Part shown: positions 29,173-38,926 of the stretch, one piece after another
Layout of the letters: every line of letters begins with the position of its first letter
How positions within the stretch are numbered: the stretch's first letter is position 1
Assembly: GCA_963770895.1 (NCBI GenBank)
Contig: CAVYRF010000001.1
Span: 224,001-288,000, forward strand
Length of the DNA stretch: 64,000 nt
Direction: 5' to 3'
Source of the DNA: an uncultured Acidobacteriota bacterium
GTDB lineage: Bacteria > Acidobacteriota > Thermoanaerobaculia > Multivoradales > UBA5704
Made by a program: the position numbers and the translations under genes
Notes under the pieces: model-generated
The model's input: only the letters and a program-made list of their open reading frames with translations
Databases searched by the model: none
What the model was told of the DNA's origin: nothing

Positions 29173-29973
29173 CTAAGCGGCTCGCCTGCGTCGCGCTGTC
29201 AGGCCGCACCACAACAAGAGGCCGGCCAGAACGATCATCGCCCAGCCCGAGAGCGTGGGAATTGCTGCCACGGCGGGAGGAATACCGGCGCTCCCGGTGC
29301 AGACGGTGACGTGGTTGTCGTCCAGCGTCACGGCGCCATTGCGCGCCAGGATCCTGCCGGTCACGCTGGCGCCGGTGTTCAGAGTGATGCTGGTGAGCGC
29401 GACGATGCTTCCCCCCAGCGCGGTGCCCGTGCCCAGCGTCGCGGAGCTGCCGATCTGCCAGAACACTCCGCAGCTCGACGCGCCGTTGATGAGGAGGACA
29501 GCCGAAGCGCTGGCGGTGGTGAGCGTGCTTCCGATCTTGAAGATGAAGACGGCACTGGAGTTGCCCTGCGCGTCGAGCGTCAGCGTTCCGGTCAGCTGGG
29601 CCGAGGTCGAAAAGCAGTAGACGCCTGGCGTCAGCGTCTTCCCACCAAGGTCCTGCCCGGTCAAGTCGGTGTTGCATGGTGTATTCGCCAGGCTGTTGTA
29701 TTCGGTCGTGAGGTCGCTTTGCGCCTGGGCGGCGACGGAGTCGCCGGCGTGGATCGTCCCGCCGGTCACGATACCCGGAGGAAACCCGGTGACCGCGCTG
29801 CCCGGGCTGACACCCAGATTGCCGGTGACGATCGTCGGCGTGGCGGTGTTGGTGACCGTCGAACCGCCCAGGACCGCGAATGAGCTGAGTGGTTGACCCG
29901 CTGCCATGCACGGTAGGACGAGGAACGCAGCGACCCCCAAGGTCCTGCCGATCGAGCGACTGCGATTCATCAT
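29173..29973 (-). CDS. Ice-binding protein (DUF3494) with IPTL-CTERM sorting signal
   Basis: [53 protein letters not shown]; C-terminal [12 protein letters not shown]...RRRR. Confidence 0.88.
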   Translation of the reverse strand: MMNRSRSIGRTLGVAAFLVLPCMAAGQPLSSFAVLGGSTVTNTATPTIVTGNLGVSPGSAVTGFPPGIVTGGTIHAGDSVAAQAQSDLTTEYNSLANTPCNTDLTGQDLGGKTLTPGVYCFSTSAQLTGTLTLDAQGNSSAVFIFKIGSTLTTASASAVLLINGASSCGVFWQIGSSATLGTGTALGGSIVALTSITLNTGASVTGRILARNGAVTLDDNHVTVCTGSAGIPPAVAAIPTLSGWAMIVLAGLLLWCGLTARRRRAA

Positions 29974-30013
29974 GCGCCTCCCTTCTGCACCCTGCAGTTT
30001 GTCGTAAGTTACT

Positions 30014-30130
30014 TTAACCGGATGGGCTGAGCTGGATGGGCGCGGAGCACGGGCTGAGCGCTTGACGCACCTGGTGCGCCAACGCCTCGGGATCGAAGGG
30101 TTTCTGCAGCAAGGTGACGCCAGGCGGCAG
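30014..30130 (-). pseudogene. Receiver-domain C-terminal remnant
   Basis: Manual translation [26 protein letters not shown]. Confidence 0.6.
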
Positions 30131-30169
30131 CGGCGCCGAGCCCACGGTCCGGTCGGTGTAGCCCGACAT

Positions 30170-30602
30170 GGATAACCGCTGCCGTCCCAGCGTTCGTGGT
30201 GGGTCAGGGCGACGATCCGCCCGGCTTCGATCAGCTCGGATGGAGAGCCTTCGAGGATGCGGGCGCCGATCAGCGTATCAGATTCCATGATCCGCCGTTC
30301 TTCGCCGGTCAGTTCGCCGGACTTGCTGAGGATCGCGTCGGGAATGCCGTCACCATGATCACTGGCAGATCGCGCCAGCGCGCGTCGGCGCGCAGCCTGC
30401 GCGTCGCCGCGTAGCCGTCGAGCCCTGGCATCATGACGTCCAGCAGGAGCAGGTCGATGTCCGAGGAGAGGCTGGCCACGGCTTCGAGGCCGTCGCGGGC
30501 GACTTCCACCTCGTGGCCGAGCTGCCACACCAAGTCCCTCAGAATGCCAAGGTTCTGCTCGGTGTCGTCAACGATCAAGATACGTGCGGCGCGCTTCATC
30601 AC
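30170..30602 (-). pseudogene. Internally deleted receiver + HD-GYP (RpfG-like) gene
   Basis: ILIVDD...[11 protein letters not shown]...PVIMVT joined out of frame at ~30347 to GIPDAIL...[11 protein letters not shown], then truncated. Confidence 0.8.
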
Positions 30603-30672
30603 GGCCTCGGGGGTGCTGCGGCGTCAAGGGTCGACTCCACGCGGCCGACACTCGGACCTCCGGCGCCGGAGC

Positions 30673-30767
30673 GTCGTTCAGTCTGGGTGGCCCTGAGGTT
30701 GCCCCGACCGCGGCGCGCCTGCGGCGCGACCGCGATCGGGCCGTGGGGGCGGGCGGAGCGTCTTGCC
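30673..30767 (+). repeat. ~95-bp imperfect direct repeat, copy 1
   Basis: Matches 31679-31774; last ~70 bp differ by one indel and one substitution. Confidence 0.85.
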
Positions 30768-30864
30768 GTTGCCCGCATTCGCCCCGGCCGATCTGCGAGC
30801 ACTCTGCTTGGCGGCGCTGTCGGCGCGGTGCGCCGATTCCAGCTGGCTGCGACGAATTGGCGGC

Positions 30865-31248
30865 TCAGCGCCGGCTGTAGGGCCTTACGACTTGGAGCAT
30901 GGGGAAGTGGCGGCCGTTGAAGGTCACAAGGCGTGCTCCGCTCACTGCCGCGGTGGCCGCGATGAAAGCGTCCGCGAGGCCGGTGCTATGGCTCGGCCCG
31001 TAGTCCCGCCGGAACTGACCAGCCAGCCTTGCGATCTCCTCCGTTGCGGGCAGCACCGCGAGCGCCAGCAGAAAGCGATCCAGGATCCGGATCTCGCGCT
31101 CGCCGCGGGCGCCGGAAAAGAGCTCGGCAACGGTGATCGCCGACACCAGCAGATCGGCCTCCTGACGTTCCAGCCACGTAGCAGCCGCGGCCTGCCCGCG
31201 CAGGTAGTCGACCAGGATATCGGTATCGACCAGCAGACGACTTGGCAT
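30865..31248 (-). CDS. vapC: VapC PIN-domain toxin
   Basis: LLVDTDILVDYLRG, ITVAEL, LADAFIAATA, LVTFN...HF. Confidence 0.9.
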   Translation of the reverse strand: MPSRLLVDTDILVDYLRGQAAAATWLERQEADLLVSAITVAELFSGARGEREIRILDRFLLALAVLPATEEIARLAGQFRRDYGPSHSTGLADAFIAATAAVSGARLVTFNGRHFPMLQVVRPYSRR

Positions 31249-31263
31249 GGGTGGCGCCAGTGA

Positions 31264-31503
31264 TCACCGCGCAACGCGGTCAAGCTCGCCGCGCAGTGCG
31301 GCGAAGTCCGGCAGGTCGGTCCGCTCCTGCCAGAGCCCCCGAGCCTCCCGGAGGAGCGGCAGCCGTTCCGAGCCCAAGCGGCTAACGACGTAGCGATCGA
31401 TCGCCTCGCGAATGAGCTCGCTCTGGCTGGTTCCGCTCTGTTCGGCGAGGACCGCCAGCTGTTGGCGCTCGCGTTCTGTGAGGTAGATCTGAGTCCTGAC
31501 CAT
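31264..31503 (-). CDS. vapB: CopG/RHH antitoxin
   Basis: MVRTQIYLT...SQSELIREAID ribbon-helix-helix, upstream of vapC. Confidence 0.85.
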   Translation of the reverse strand: MVRTQIYLTERERQQLAVLAEQSGTSQSELIREAIDRYVVSRLGSERLPLLREARGLWQERTDLPDFAALRGELDRVAR

Positions 31504-31634
31504 GGGTGCCCTCGGTTGGTGGTGTATATCTGTAATGTATAACGGATCGGGCGGTCACGTTGAGGCAAGTTCTCGACAAGGAGGGCGGATTTTGGCCCGT
31601 TGCTGCTGCCCCGCCGATGCCAACGGCAGGACCT

Positions 31635-31682
31635 GCGTGATCGAGCCCTGAGCTTTCGGCAAGATCGCCCATGGTCTGGTCG
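31635..31682 (+). repeat. 48-bp degenerate copy of an internal piece of the FNT gene (28421-28468)
   Basis: 43/48 identity by manual alignment. Confidence 0.75.
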
Positions 31683-31774
31683 TTCGGCCTGGAGAGCCGT
31701 GACGTTGCCCCGACCCGCGGCGCGCCTGCGGCGCGGCCGCGATCGGGCCGTGGGGGCGGGCGGAGCGTCTTGCC
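31679..31774 (+). repeat. ~95-bp imperfect direct repeat, copy 2
   Basis: Matches 30673-30767. Confidence 0.85.
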
Positions 31775-31889
31775 CGGACCAATCCTGTCGACCGATCCGG
31801 CCGTCGGTTGTGTTGAGTCATGTGTCTGCTTGGCAAGAACGCTTCGTCGTAGCCCCCCGACCCGATCACGGTCCCGCACGTGGGGCGAT

Positions 31890-33749
31890 TTATTTGCGCG
31901 CCCAGGGCAGGTGGCGACCGAAGAGGGCGTGGCCGAGGCGCCGGAGGGGGCCGGGGGGTGGTGGCGGGGGTGCTTCAAGCCGGCTGACGCTGGGGGCATT
32001 GCGCGGGCGCTCCAGGTGGGACGATCGGACGGCGAGCGGATGCAGATTGCCTTGCGGATCTGCATGGCAGAGGACTCTCGACACTGCGAGCCTGGTGACC
32101 GTTGCGCTCGTTGTGCGCTTGTCGTCGTCAGTGTCTGTTGCCTGGGGCGGGCTTGCGCTGGATCGTGCATCCGAGATCGATTCGATGGAATGTGCGCTCA
32201 GCGTGTCCACATCGTACGGCGGGGAGTCTGGCGCGCCCTGCGGAGTTGCCGCGTCTGGGCTTTGCGGTCGTTCCCGCGAGAGCGGTGGCGGTGCGTTCGT
32301 GGCGGGTGGCGGATCTGGCGTGAGGTGCGACTGTGCGGCGCGCAGCGGATCGGGCGCCTGGTGCGGGTGCGCGGTGCCGGGAGGTAGATGGGGGTTGGAT
32401 GTGTTGCGTGGGGCCAGCGGGTTCAAGGGCGCGAGCGGCGGGCGCAAGGGCAGGTGCCTTGTGGGTATGTGGCGCGGGTCAGGATGGTCTGGCGGGTCGG
32501 CGGGATCGAGGATGTCGGCGCGGTACCAGCCGAGGGGACGGGCGTGCGCGGTGCATTCGAATCCCCACATCAGGGCGCGCAAGGCATCGCGCGGGATGTC
32601 CAGGACCAGTGGCAGGTAACGGAGCTCGCCCGTGCGGCGCGCTTCCAGGTCGTGCATCAGGGTGAGGCGGCGCTCCATGATCGGAAAGGCGCCGCGAAAG
32701 GCCGTACACGACGGGCATTCCGCGGCCCAATAGGCATGGCCCGCCGTCTTGCTGTGGCGCCAGCGAATCGGCGTCAGGGCGCTGGTGGATAGGGCGTCGT
32801 CGTCGCCATCTTGACCGATTGGAAGGTCATCGTCCGGCAGCAGGTCCAGGGCCGATGACACACCGTCGTCGTCGCTGGCGTGGCGACCGATGGCGGCCAA
32901 GGAGCCGTCGGGGGACAGGCCGGCGAGCGAAGTGCCGGCGGACGGGCCGCTGGGAGACAGGTCGGCCAAGGCGCCGTTGGTGACCAGGTTGGCGTTGGGG
33001 CCGGTGGCGGCCAGGTTGGCGAGGGAACTGTTGGTAGGTGGGGTGGACTGGGAGCCGATGGCTGGCTGGGCGCGCCAGGTTTCGATGGCGGCGGCCAGGT
33101 GGGGGATGAGGATGTCGGGGATGGCGGCAAGCTCCAGGATCTGGCGAAAGTAGGTCCAGTGGGGCGAGGTCCAGTCGTCGATCTGGCGGTCGGGGAAGAC
33201 GATGCCGGTCACGGTGTCGATGTCGGCGTGACAACGCCAGCAGGTGTCCTGGAGGATTTCTACCCCGACGGTTTGCGGGCCGTCGGTGGGACCGCGATAG
33301 AAGAGCTCCCCCGACCAGAGGTCGCGGATGGTGTCGGCCAGCGGTTCGTTGCCGGCGTGGGTCGGTTCGGTGGTGCAGGCGTCGCCCAGGCCGTGGGTGC
33401 AGGCGAGGCAGAGGAAGCGCGGATGGGGACAGCTGATGCCGTTGCGCAGCCACGAATCGGGATCGTCTTGCGCGTCGTAGAGCAGCAGCAGGCTGGCGCC
33501 GCGCGACAGCACATGATCGATGAGCGCTTCGAGGTCGCTGCGCACGGAGGGGGCGGAGCGGCTGATGAATGGCGGCGCCACGGCGATCACCAGATAGGCG
33601 GCGGGTCCGGTGTGGTCCTGCAGGCGGAAGGCGTGCCGGGCTCTTTGGCTGCCGTGTGCCGGCAGCTTTTCGGCGCGCACGCGCGGCCACCCTTCGGGCA
33701 AGGCTTGTTCGACGGCCGCGTCCACGGCGGCGAGAAATTCGCGTGTCAT
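31890..33749 (-). CDS. Hypothetical protein with several CxxC motifs and low-complexity C-terminus
   Basis: GGAGG RBS; CLAC, CWRC, HSKTAGHAYWAAECPSC. Confidence 0.6.
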   Translation of the reverse strand: MTREFLAAVDAAVEQALPEGWPRVRAEKLPAHGSQRARHAFRLQDHTGPAAYLVIAVAPPFISRSAPSVRSDLEALIDHVLSRGASLLLLYDAQDDPDSWLRNGISCPHPRFLCLACTHGLGDACTTEPTHAGNEPLADTIRDLWSGELFYRGPTDGPQTVGVEILQDTCWRCHADIDTVTGIVFPDRQIDDWTSPHWTYFRQILELAAIPDILIPHLAAAIETWRAQPAIGSQSTPPTNSSLANLAATGPNANLVTNGALADLSPSGPSAGTSLAGLSPDGSLAAIGRHASDDDGVSSALDLLPDDDLPIGQDGDDDALSTSALTPIRWRHSKTAGHAYWAAECPSCTAFRGAFPIMERRLTLMHDLEARRTGELRYLPLVLDIPRDALRALMWGFECTAHARPLGWYRADILDPADPPDHPDPRHIPTRHLPLRPPLAPLNPLAPRNTSNPHLPPGTAHPHQAPDPLRAAQSHLTPDPPPATNAPPPLSRERPQSPDAATPQGAPDSPPYDVDTLSAHSIESISDARSSASPPQATDTDDDKRTTSATVTRLAVSRVLCHADPQGNLHPLAVRSSHLERPRNAPSVSRLEAPPPPPPGPLRRLGHALFGRHLPWARK

Positions 33750-33798
33750 GAGAACCTCCGTCCTGGCGTGAGCGGCCCGATCTCGGGCAGCCCCTCCA

Positions 33799-34065
33799 AT
33801 GGAGGTAGACGCAAAGACGGGCGCCGGTTGCGCAAGTTTCGAAGCGCATGCCCGCCGTCTTCGCCTCGCAAGGGAGACTTTGAGAAGCCTCAGCTTGCCG
33901 CGACTTCATGAACTGGCGGGAGGCGCGGCAACCGCGACCTGCGCCCCTCACGTGAGCTGCCCGCCTACCTGCCAGACCAGCTGCCAGCAGACCTGTCCGC
34001 AGGCCTGCGGCACTTCGGTTTGCGGTGGCATCTATACCTGCCCGTACTGCGATACTTTCCCGTAG
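33799..34065 (+). CDS. Putative RiPP (lanthipeptide-like) precursor with double-glycine leader
   Basis: RRLRLARETLRSL...LHELAGG leader; 46-aa core with 9 Cys and 11 Ser/Thr. Confidence 0.75.
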   Translation: MEVDAKTGAGCASFEAHARRLRLARETLRSLSLPRLHELAGGAATATCAPHVSCPPTCQTSCQQTCPQACGTSVCGGIYTCPYCDTFP

Positions 34066-34202
34066 TCGTCGGAGGTGAGGCAGTGACGGCACGCCCGGTG
34101 TAGCATCTCCCTGTGCGCGTCGTGGGCACTCCGCGGCCCAGGTAGGGCGGTGGGCAGACGGCCGAGAGCCGTGGCCGCTTCACGCGGCTGTGGGACATCG
34201 CC

Positions 34203-36053
34203 ATGGAGATCGCCATGAGAAACGCTGGGAAGGGGTCGCACCTGGGCGTGGGCTTGGTGCTGGCATGGGTGCTGATGGGGGTGCTCGCGGGACCGGCAGT
34301 CGGGGTGCGGGCCGAGACGCCGCCGCCGATGGCGCCGGCGATCGTCGAGGGCGCCGCGCCGGCGCCGGCGGTCGACCTGACGTGGGGTTTCAAGATCCCG
34401 TTGCGCGACGGGGTGCGGCTCAACGGGACGGTGTACAGGCCGGCGGGGCAGCACCAGCCGCTGCCGGTGATTTTCACCTTGACGCCGTATGTCTCGGATT
34501 CCTATCACGATCGCGCGATGTACCTGGCGGCGCACGGTTATGTGTTCGTGCTGGTGGACGTGCGCGGGCGCGGCAATTCGGGGGGCAGCTTCGAGCCGTT
34601 CGCCAACGAGGGGCGCGACGGACACGACGTGGTGGAGTACCTGGCGCGGCAGCCCTGGTCGGATGGCAAGGTGGCGATGTGGGGCGGCTCCTATGCCGGA
34701 TTCGATCAATGGGCGACGCTCAAGGAGGCGCCGCCGCACCTGGCGACCATCGTGCCGGCCGCGGCTGCCCATCCTGGCGTCGACTTCCCTTTCTACCGCA
34801 ATATCTTCAGCTCCTACGTGATGCAATGGATCACCTACACCAGCGGCGTGGCCTCCAACGGCAAGCTATTTAACGACAACGGTTTTTGGAACCAGAAGTT
34901 TGCGCAGCTGTACCGCAGCGGATCACCGTACGCCACCCTGGACCAGGTCGTGGGCAATCCCAGCCCGGTGTTCCAGGCCTGGCTGGCGCATCCGGCCGCC
35001 GGTCCCTATTGGGACGCGATGGCGCCGACGCCCGAACAGTTCCAGCGGATGACCGTGCCCATCCTGACGATCACCGGCCACTACGACGGCGACCAGCCCG
35101 GAGCGCTCACGTTCTATCGCGACTTCATGAAGTACGCCCCCGCCGCCAGCCGCGAGCGGCACTACCTGATCATCGGTCCCTGGGATCACGCCGGCACGCG
35201 CACTCCGGCCAGGCAGGTGGGGGGCCTGGAGTTTGGCGAGGCCAGCATGGTCGACCTCAACAAGCTGCACAAGGATTGGTACGACTGGACGCTCAAGGGG
35301 GCCGGCCGCCGGCCGGAGTTCCTCCAGCGGCGCGTGGCCTACTACGTGGTCGGCCCCGGCGCGGAAAAGTGGAAGTACGCCGACGACCTGGATTCTGTCG
35401 CCTCGGAGCGGCGCAAGCTCTATCTGACATCCAGCCAGGGCCAGGCGACCAGCGTGTTCCGGTCCGGCGAGCTTGCCGCGGCGCCGGCTGGATCGGCGCC
35501 CGATCACTACGTCTACGACCCGCGCGACCTGCGCCCCGCCGCCCTGGACGAGCACGCCAGCGACAGCTACATCACCGATCAGACGCCGGCGCTCAACCTG
35601 AGCAGCGGCGTCATCTATCACAGCGCGCCGTTTGCCGAATCGACCGAGATCTCGGGCGAGATCAAGCTGTCGGCGTGGTTGTCGCTCGACGTGCCCGACA
35701 CCGACTTGTTTGCCGCCCTGTACGAGATCCTCCCCGACGGTTCCAGCGTCCTGCTGACCTCCGATATGTTGCGCGCCCGGTACCGCCATTCGGCGTCGCA
35801 CGAAGAGCCGGTGCCGCCCGGTGTCGTCGAGCGCTACGACTTCGATCACTTCACCTGGTTTTCGCGCCAGGTCTCGGCGGGCAGCCGCCTGCGCCTGCTG
35901 ATCGCGTCACCCAACACCATCCAGCTGGAAAAGAACTACAACAGCGGCAAAACGGTGGCCACCGAATCGATCGCCGACGCCCGCGTCGCCCACGTCACCC
36001 TGTATCACGACGCCGACCATCCCAGCGTCCTCGAGCTCCCGATCGTGCACTGA
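34203..36053 (+). CDS. CocE/NonD family serine hydrolase (S15-like), secreted
   Basis: IPLRDGVRL, TPY, DVRGRGNSGG, WGGSYAG nucleophile, IGPWDH. Confidence 0.9.
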   Translation: MEIAMRNAGKGSHLGVGLVLAWVLMGVLAGPAVGVRAETPPPMAPAIVEGAAPAPAVDLTWGFKIPLRDGVRLNGTVYRPAGQHQPLPVIFTLTPYVSDSYHDRAMYLAAHGYVFVLVDVRGRGNSGGSFEPFANEGRDGHDVVEYLARQPWSDGKVAMWGGSYAGFDQWATLKEAPPHLATIVPAAAAHPGVDFPFYRNIFSSYVMQWITYTSGVASNGKLFNDNGFWNQKFAQLYRSGSPYATLDQVVGNPSPVFQAWLAHPAAGPYWDAMAPTPEQFQRMTVPILTITGHYDGDQPGALTFYRDFMKYAPAASRERHYLIIGPWDHAGTRTPARQVGGLEFGEASMVDLNKLHKDWYDWTLKGAGRRPEFLQRRVAYYVVGPGAEKWKYADDLDSVASERRKLYLTSSQGQATSVFRSGELAAAPAGSAPDHYVYDPRDLRPAALDEHASDSYITDQTPALNLSSGVIYHSAPFAESTEISGEIKLSAWLSLDVPDTDLFAALYEILPDGSSVLLTSDMLRARYRHSASHEEPVPPGVVERYDFDHFTWFSRQVSAGSRLRLLIASPNTIQLEKNYNSGKTVATESIADARVAHVTLYHDADHPSVLELPIVH

Positions 36054-36369
36054 CCTGGCCTGGCGGCCCGTACCGGCTGAATTCAACCAGGATGGCGCCG
36101 CGGTCGGCGGGGCGGGCCAGGCGTGCCGACGCAGGCATAGTCGGAACTATGTCGAGGAGGCGGCCAGGGCTGCCGCCTGTCCGGGCACTCCCGGCAGGTC
36201 GCAACGCAGCCCCCGCCGTCGAGGGCAAGCCACGCACTAGCGATTCCTCTGATACAGGCCAATAGCTCGCCGGCCGGGGCTGTCGCCCGGCCCGGCGCTC
36301 GCGGCAGCGAGTGAGCCGCGCCCTCGTCTCCGAGGGCAAGCCCTGTGGCATTGATGGATCAGGGTCGGA

Positions 36370-37365
36370 TTACGGGATGCGCAGGACGATCGAGCCGCGG
36401 ACGTCGCCGGTGCGCAGATCGGCGTGCGCGCGGTTCGCTTCGGCAAGGGGCAGCACGCGGCCGACAACCGGCCGCAGCTTGCCGGTTTCGACCAGCTGCG
36501 CCAGGGCCTCCAGGTCGTCGCCGTCGGCGCGGGCCGCGGCGAGCGCGACGCGCGGCGCGGCGTGCCGGTCGATCAGGCCGGCCAGACCGGCGCGCAGGCG
36601 GGCGACCAGGGTTGCCGGCCCGCGCCGGACGGTGACAAAGATGCCACCGGGGAGCAGCGCCGGCTCGCAGTCGGCAAAGCGTAGGTCCCCCGATGCGTCG
36701 AAGATCGCGTCGTAGGTGCCGTCGCCATCGCCCGCCTCCTGGGCGAGCGGCCCGAGGGTGGTGAAGTCCTCGCGGGTATCGTCGACCACCCGCTCGGCGC
36801 CCAGCTGGCGCAGGAACGTCTGCTGATCGGGACCCGCGGCGGCGGTGACCTGCGCGCCGATCGCCGCCGCGATCTGCACGGCGAAGCAGCCGGCGCCGCC
36901 GGCGGCGCCGTGCACCGCGACGTGCTGTCCGGCGTGCAGGCGCGCCAGGTCCCGCAGCGCTTGGAGCGCTGTGACGCCGTCCGCCGCCAGGGCCGCGGCC
37001 TCTTCGTATGCGAGCGGATCGGGCTTCTGTGCCGTGACCGCGTGGCGGACCACCGCATACTGGGCGTAGCCGCCGCCCTGGCGGCGGTCGAGCAGCGCAA
37101 ACACCGCGTCGCCGGGCTCGAAATCCGCGATTTCCGGTCCCACCGCCGCCACCTCGCCGGCGATGCCGCGTCCGGGCACCCACGGCGCGGCGTCCGGCCG
37201 CAGCAGTGACCGCGCCGCCCTCGCCAAGGGTGGACCTGGGGCCGCTTCCACCGCCGCTGCCCGCACCGCGACGAGCAGCTCGCCAGCCCCCGGCTGCGGG
37301 CGCTTCACCTCCCGTACGACCAGACGCTCGCCCCTTCGATGACCCTGCCATGAGGCCGCTTGCAC
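36370..37365 (-). CDS. NADPH:quinone reductase-like MDR oxidoreductase
   Basis: GGYAQY, GVTALQAL, HGAAGGAGCFAVQIA. Confidence 0.85.
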   Translation of the reverse strand: MQAASWQGHRRGERLVVREVKRPQPGAGELLVAVRAAAVEAAPGPPLARAARSLLRPDAAPWVPGRGIAGEVAAVGPEIADFEPGDAVFALLDRRQGGGYAQYAVVRHAVTAQKPDPLAYEEAAALAADGVTALQALRDLARLHAGQHVAVHGAAGGAGCFAVQIAAAIGAQVTAAAGPDQQTFLRQLGAERVVDDTREDFTTLGPLAQEAGDGDGTYDAIFDASGDLRFADCEPALLPGGIFVTVRRGPATLVARLRAGLAGLIDRHAAPRVALAAARADGDDLEALAQLVETGKLRPVVGRVLPLAEANRAHADLRTGDVRGSIVLRIP

Positions 37366-37603
37366 CGCCCCATCAGATCACGATCCCTCCGCCAGGGCGG
37401 GACACGGCCAGCGTCCCCCTGCGCCGCCACGCCGCTCCCCTCCTCCCACGCGACCGCTGCCCCGGTAACCCCGGTCACGACGGGCTCGCGGGTGGGGGAG
37501 CGGCCAGCATGTGCCCCTCCCTTATGACGGCCCTCTCCGCTGGTCGCCAGGCCGGGCGCGAGACGGAGGCCGGATAGAATGGGGGCCTAATGGGAGGTTC
37601 GTC

Positions 37604-38359
37604 ATGGCGAAAGAGCGGGCGTCGGCGATCACGTTCTGCCTCGATATCGGGGGGACCGGGATCAAGGGAATGACGGTGGACGAAGGCGGACAGCCGACGG
37701 CGGAGCGGGTGCGGGTGGCGACGCCGCAGCCGGCGACGCCCCAGGCGGTGCTGGGGACCGTGCGCGAGATTGCCGGCAAGATGCCGCATTTTGACCGGGT
37801 GGCGGCGGGGTTTCCTGGCGTGGTGGTGGATGGGGTGGTGCACACGGCTCCCAACCTGGATGCGTCGTGGGCGGGGTGCAACCTGGCGGAGGCGCTGGAG
37901 CAGGCGACCGGACATCCGGCGCGGGTTGCCAACGACGCGGGGGTGCAGGGGTTGGCGGTGATCGAGGGCAAGGGCACCGAGCTGGTGATCACGCTGGGCA
38001 CCGGCATGGGATTCGCCCTCTATATCGACGGCCGCTACGTGCCCAATATCGAGATGGCGCACCATGTCTGTCACAAGGACAAGACCTACGAGGAACGGGT
38101 GGGGGAGCGCGCATTGAAGAAGGCGGGGCGGCGGCGCTGGAACAAGCGCGTGCTGTCCGCGATCACCCACCTGGCGCCGGTGTTCAACTACCGCGTGCTG
38201 TATCTGGGCGGTGGCAACTCGAGGCTGATCGACTTCCCGCTGCCGCCCAACGTGCGGATCATCGAAAACATCTCGGGCCTTCTCGGCGGCCTCCGCCTGT
38301 GGCAGCCCCATTCGTCCTCCGATCCCACCCCGAAAGGCCAGCGCGCCGCCAAGGCCTGA
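37604..38359 (+). CDS. ROK family sugar kinase (polyphosphate glucokinase-like)
   Basis: [33 protein letters not shown]; GGGAGG RBS. Confidence 0.85.
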   Translation: MAKERASAITFCLDIGGTGIKGMTVDEGGQPTAERVRVATPQPATPQAVLGTVREIAGKMPHFDRVAAGFPGVVVDGVVHTAPNLDASWAGCNLAEALEQATGHPARVANDAGVQGLAVIEGKGTELVITLGTGMGFALYIDGRYVPNIEMAHHVCHKDKTYEERVGERALKKAGRRRWNKRVLSAITHLAPVFNYRVLYLGGGNSRLIDFPLPPNVRIIENISGLLGGLRLWQPHSSSDPTPKGQRAAKA

Positions 38360-38466
38360 GCCCTGACGTCGCGCCGGCGCCTCCCTCCGCGGGGGCGCCC
38401 CGGCCCGCGCCCTCTCTCGCCGTTCTCCAGGCGCTAAGCCGCTTGCGGCGGGGGCGCTCCGAGCGC

Positions 38467-38923
38467 GGCAGCAGGGGAGCTGGATCGAGCAACGGCGCTC
38501 CGCTCGCCGCCTGCGGCGCGGGTGCTCTGCCACGGCAGCAGGGAAGCTGGATCGAGCAACGGCGCTCCGCTCGCCGCCTGCGGCGCGGGTGCTCTGCCAC
38601 GGCAGCAGGGGAGCTGGATCGAGCAACGGCGCTCCGCTCGCCGCCTGCGGCGCGGGTGCTCTGCCACGGCAGCAGGGAAGCTGGATCGAGCAACGGCGCT
38701 CCGCTCGCCGCCTGCGGCGCGGGTGCTCTGCCACGGCAGCAGGGAAGCTGGATCGAGCAACGGCGCTCCGCTCGCCGCCTGCGGCGCGGGTGCTCTGCCA
38801 CGGCAGCAGGGAGCCTGGATCGAGCAACGGCGCTCCGCTCGCCGCCTGCGGTGCGGGTGCCCCTGCCACGACAGCAGGGAGGCTGGATCGAGCGCAGGCG
38901 CTCCGCTCGCCAGCCGCGGCGCG
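38467..38923. repeat. 67-bp tandem repeat, 6 full units plus a degenerate partial 7th
   Basis: Units start at 38467, 38534, 38601, 38668, 38735, 38802, 38869; unit GGCAGCAGGGRAGCTGGATCGAGCAACGGCGCTCCGCTCGCCGCCTGCGGCGCGGGTGCTCTGCCAC; no spacers. Confidence 0.95.
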
Positions 38924-38926
38924 GCC

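Noticed and set aside
29173-30528. 451-aa HD-GYP/ice-binding fusion ORF
   Set aside because: Chance in-frame read-through of pseudogene debris; the ice-binding gene has its own RBS and signal peptide at 29973
38467-38923. CRISPR array
   Set aside because: Units are contiguous and near-identical with no unique spacers; no cas genes in the window
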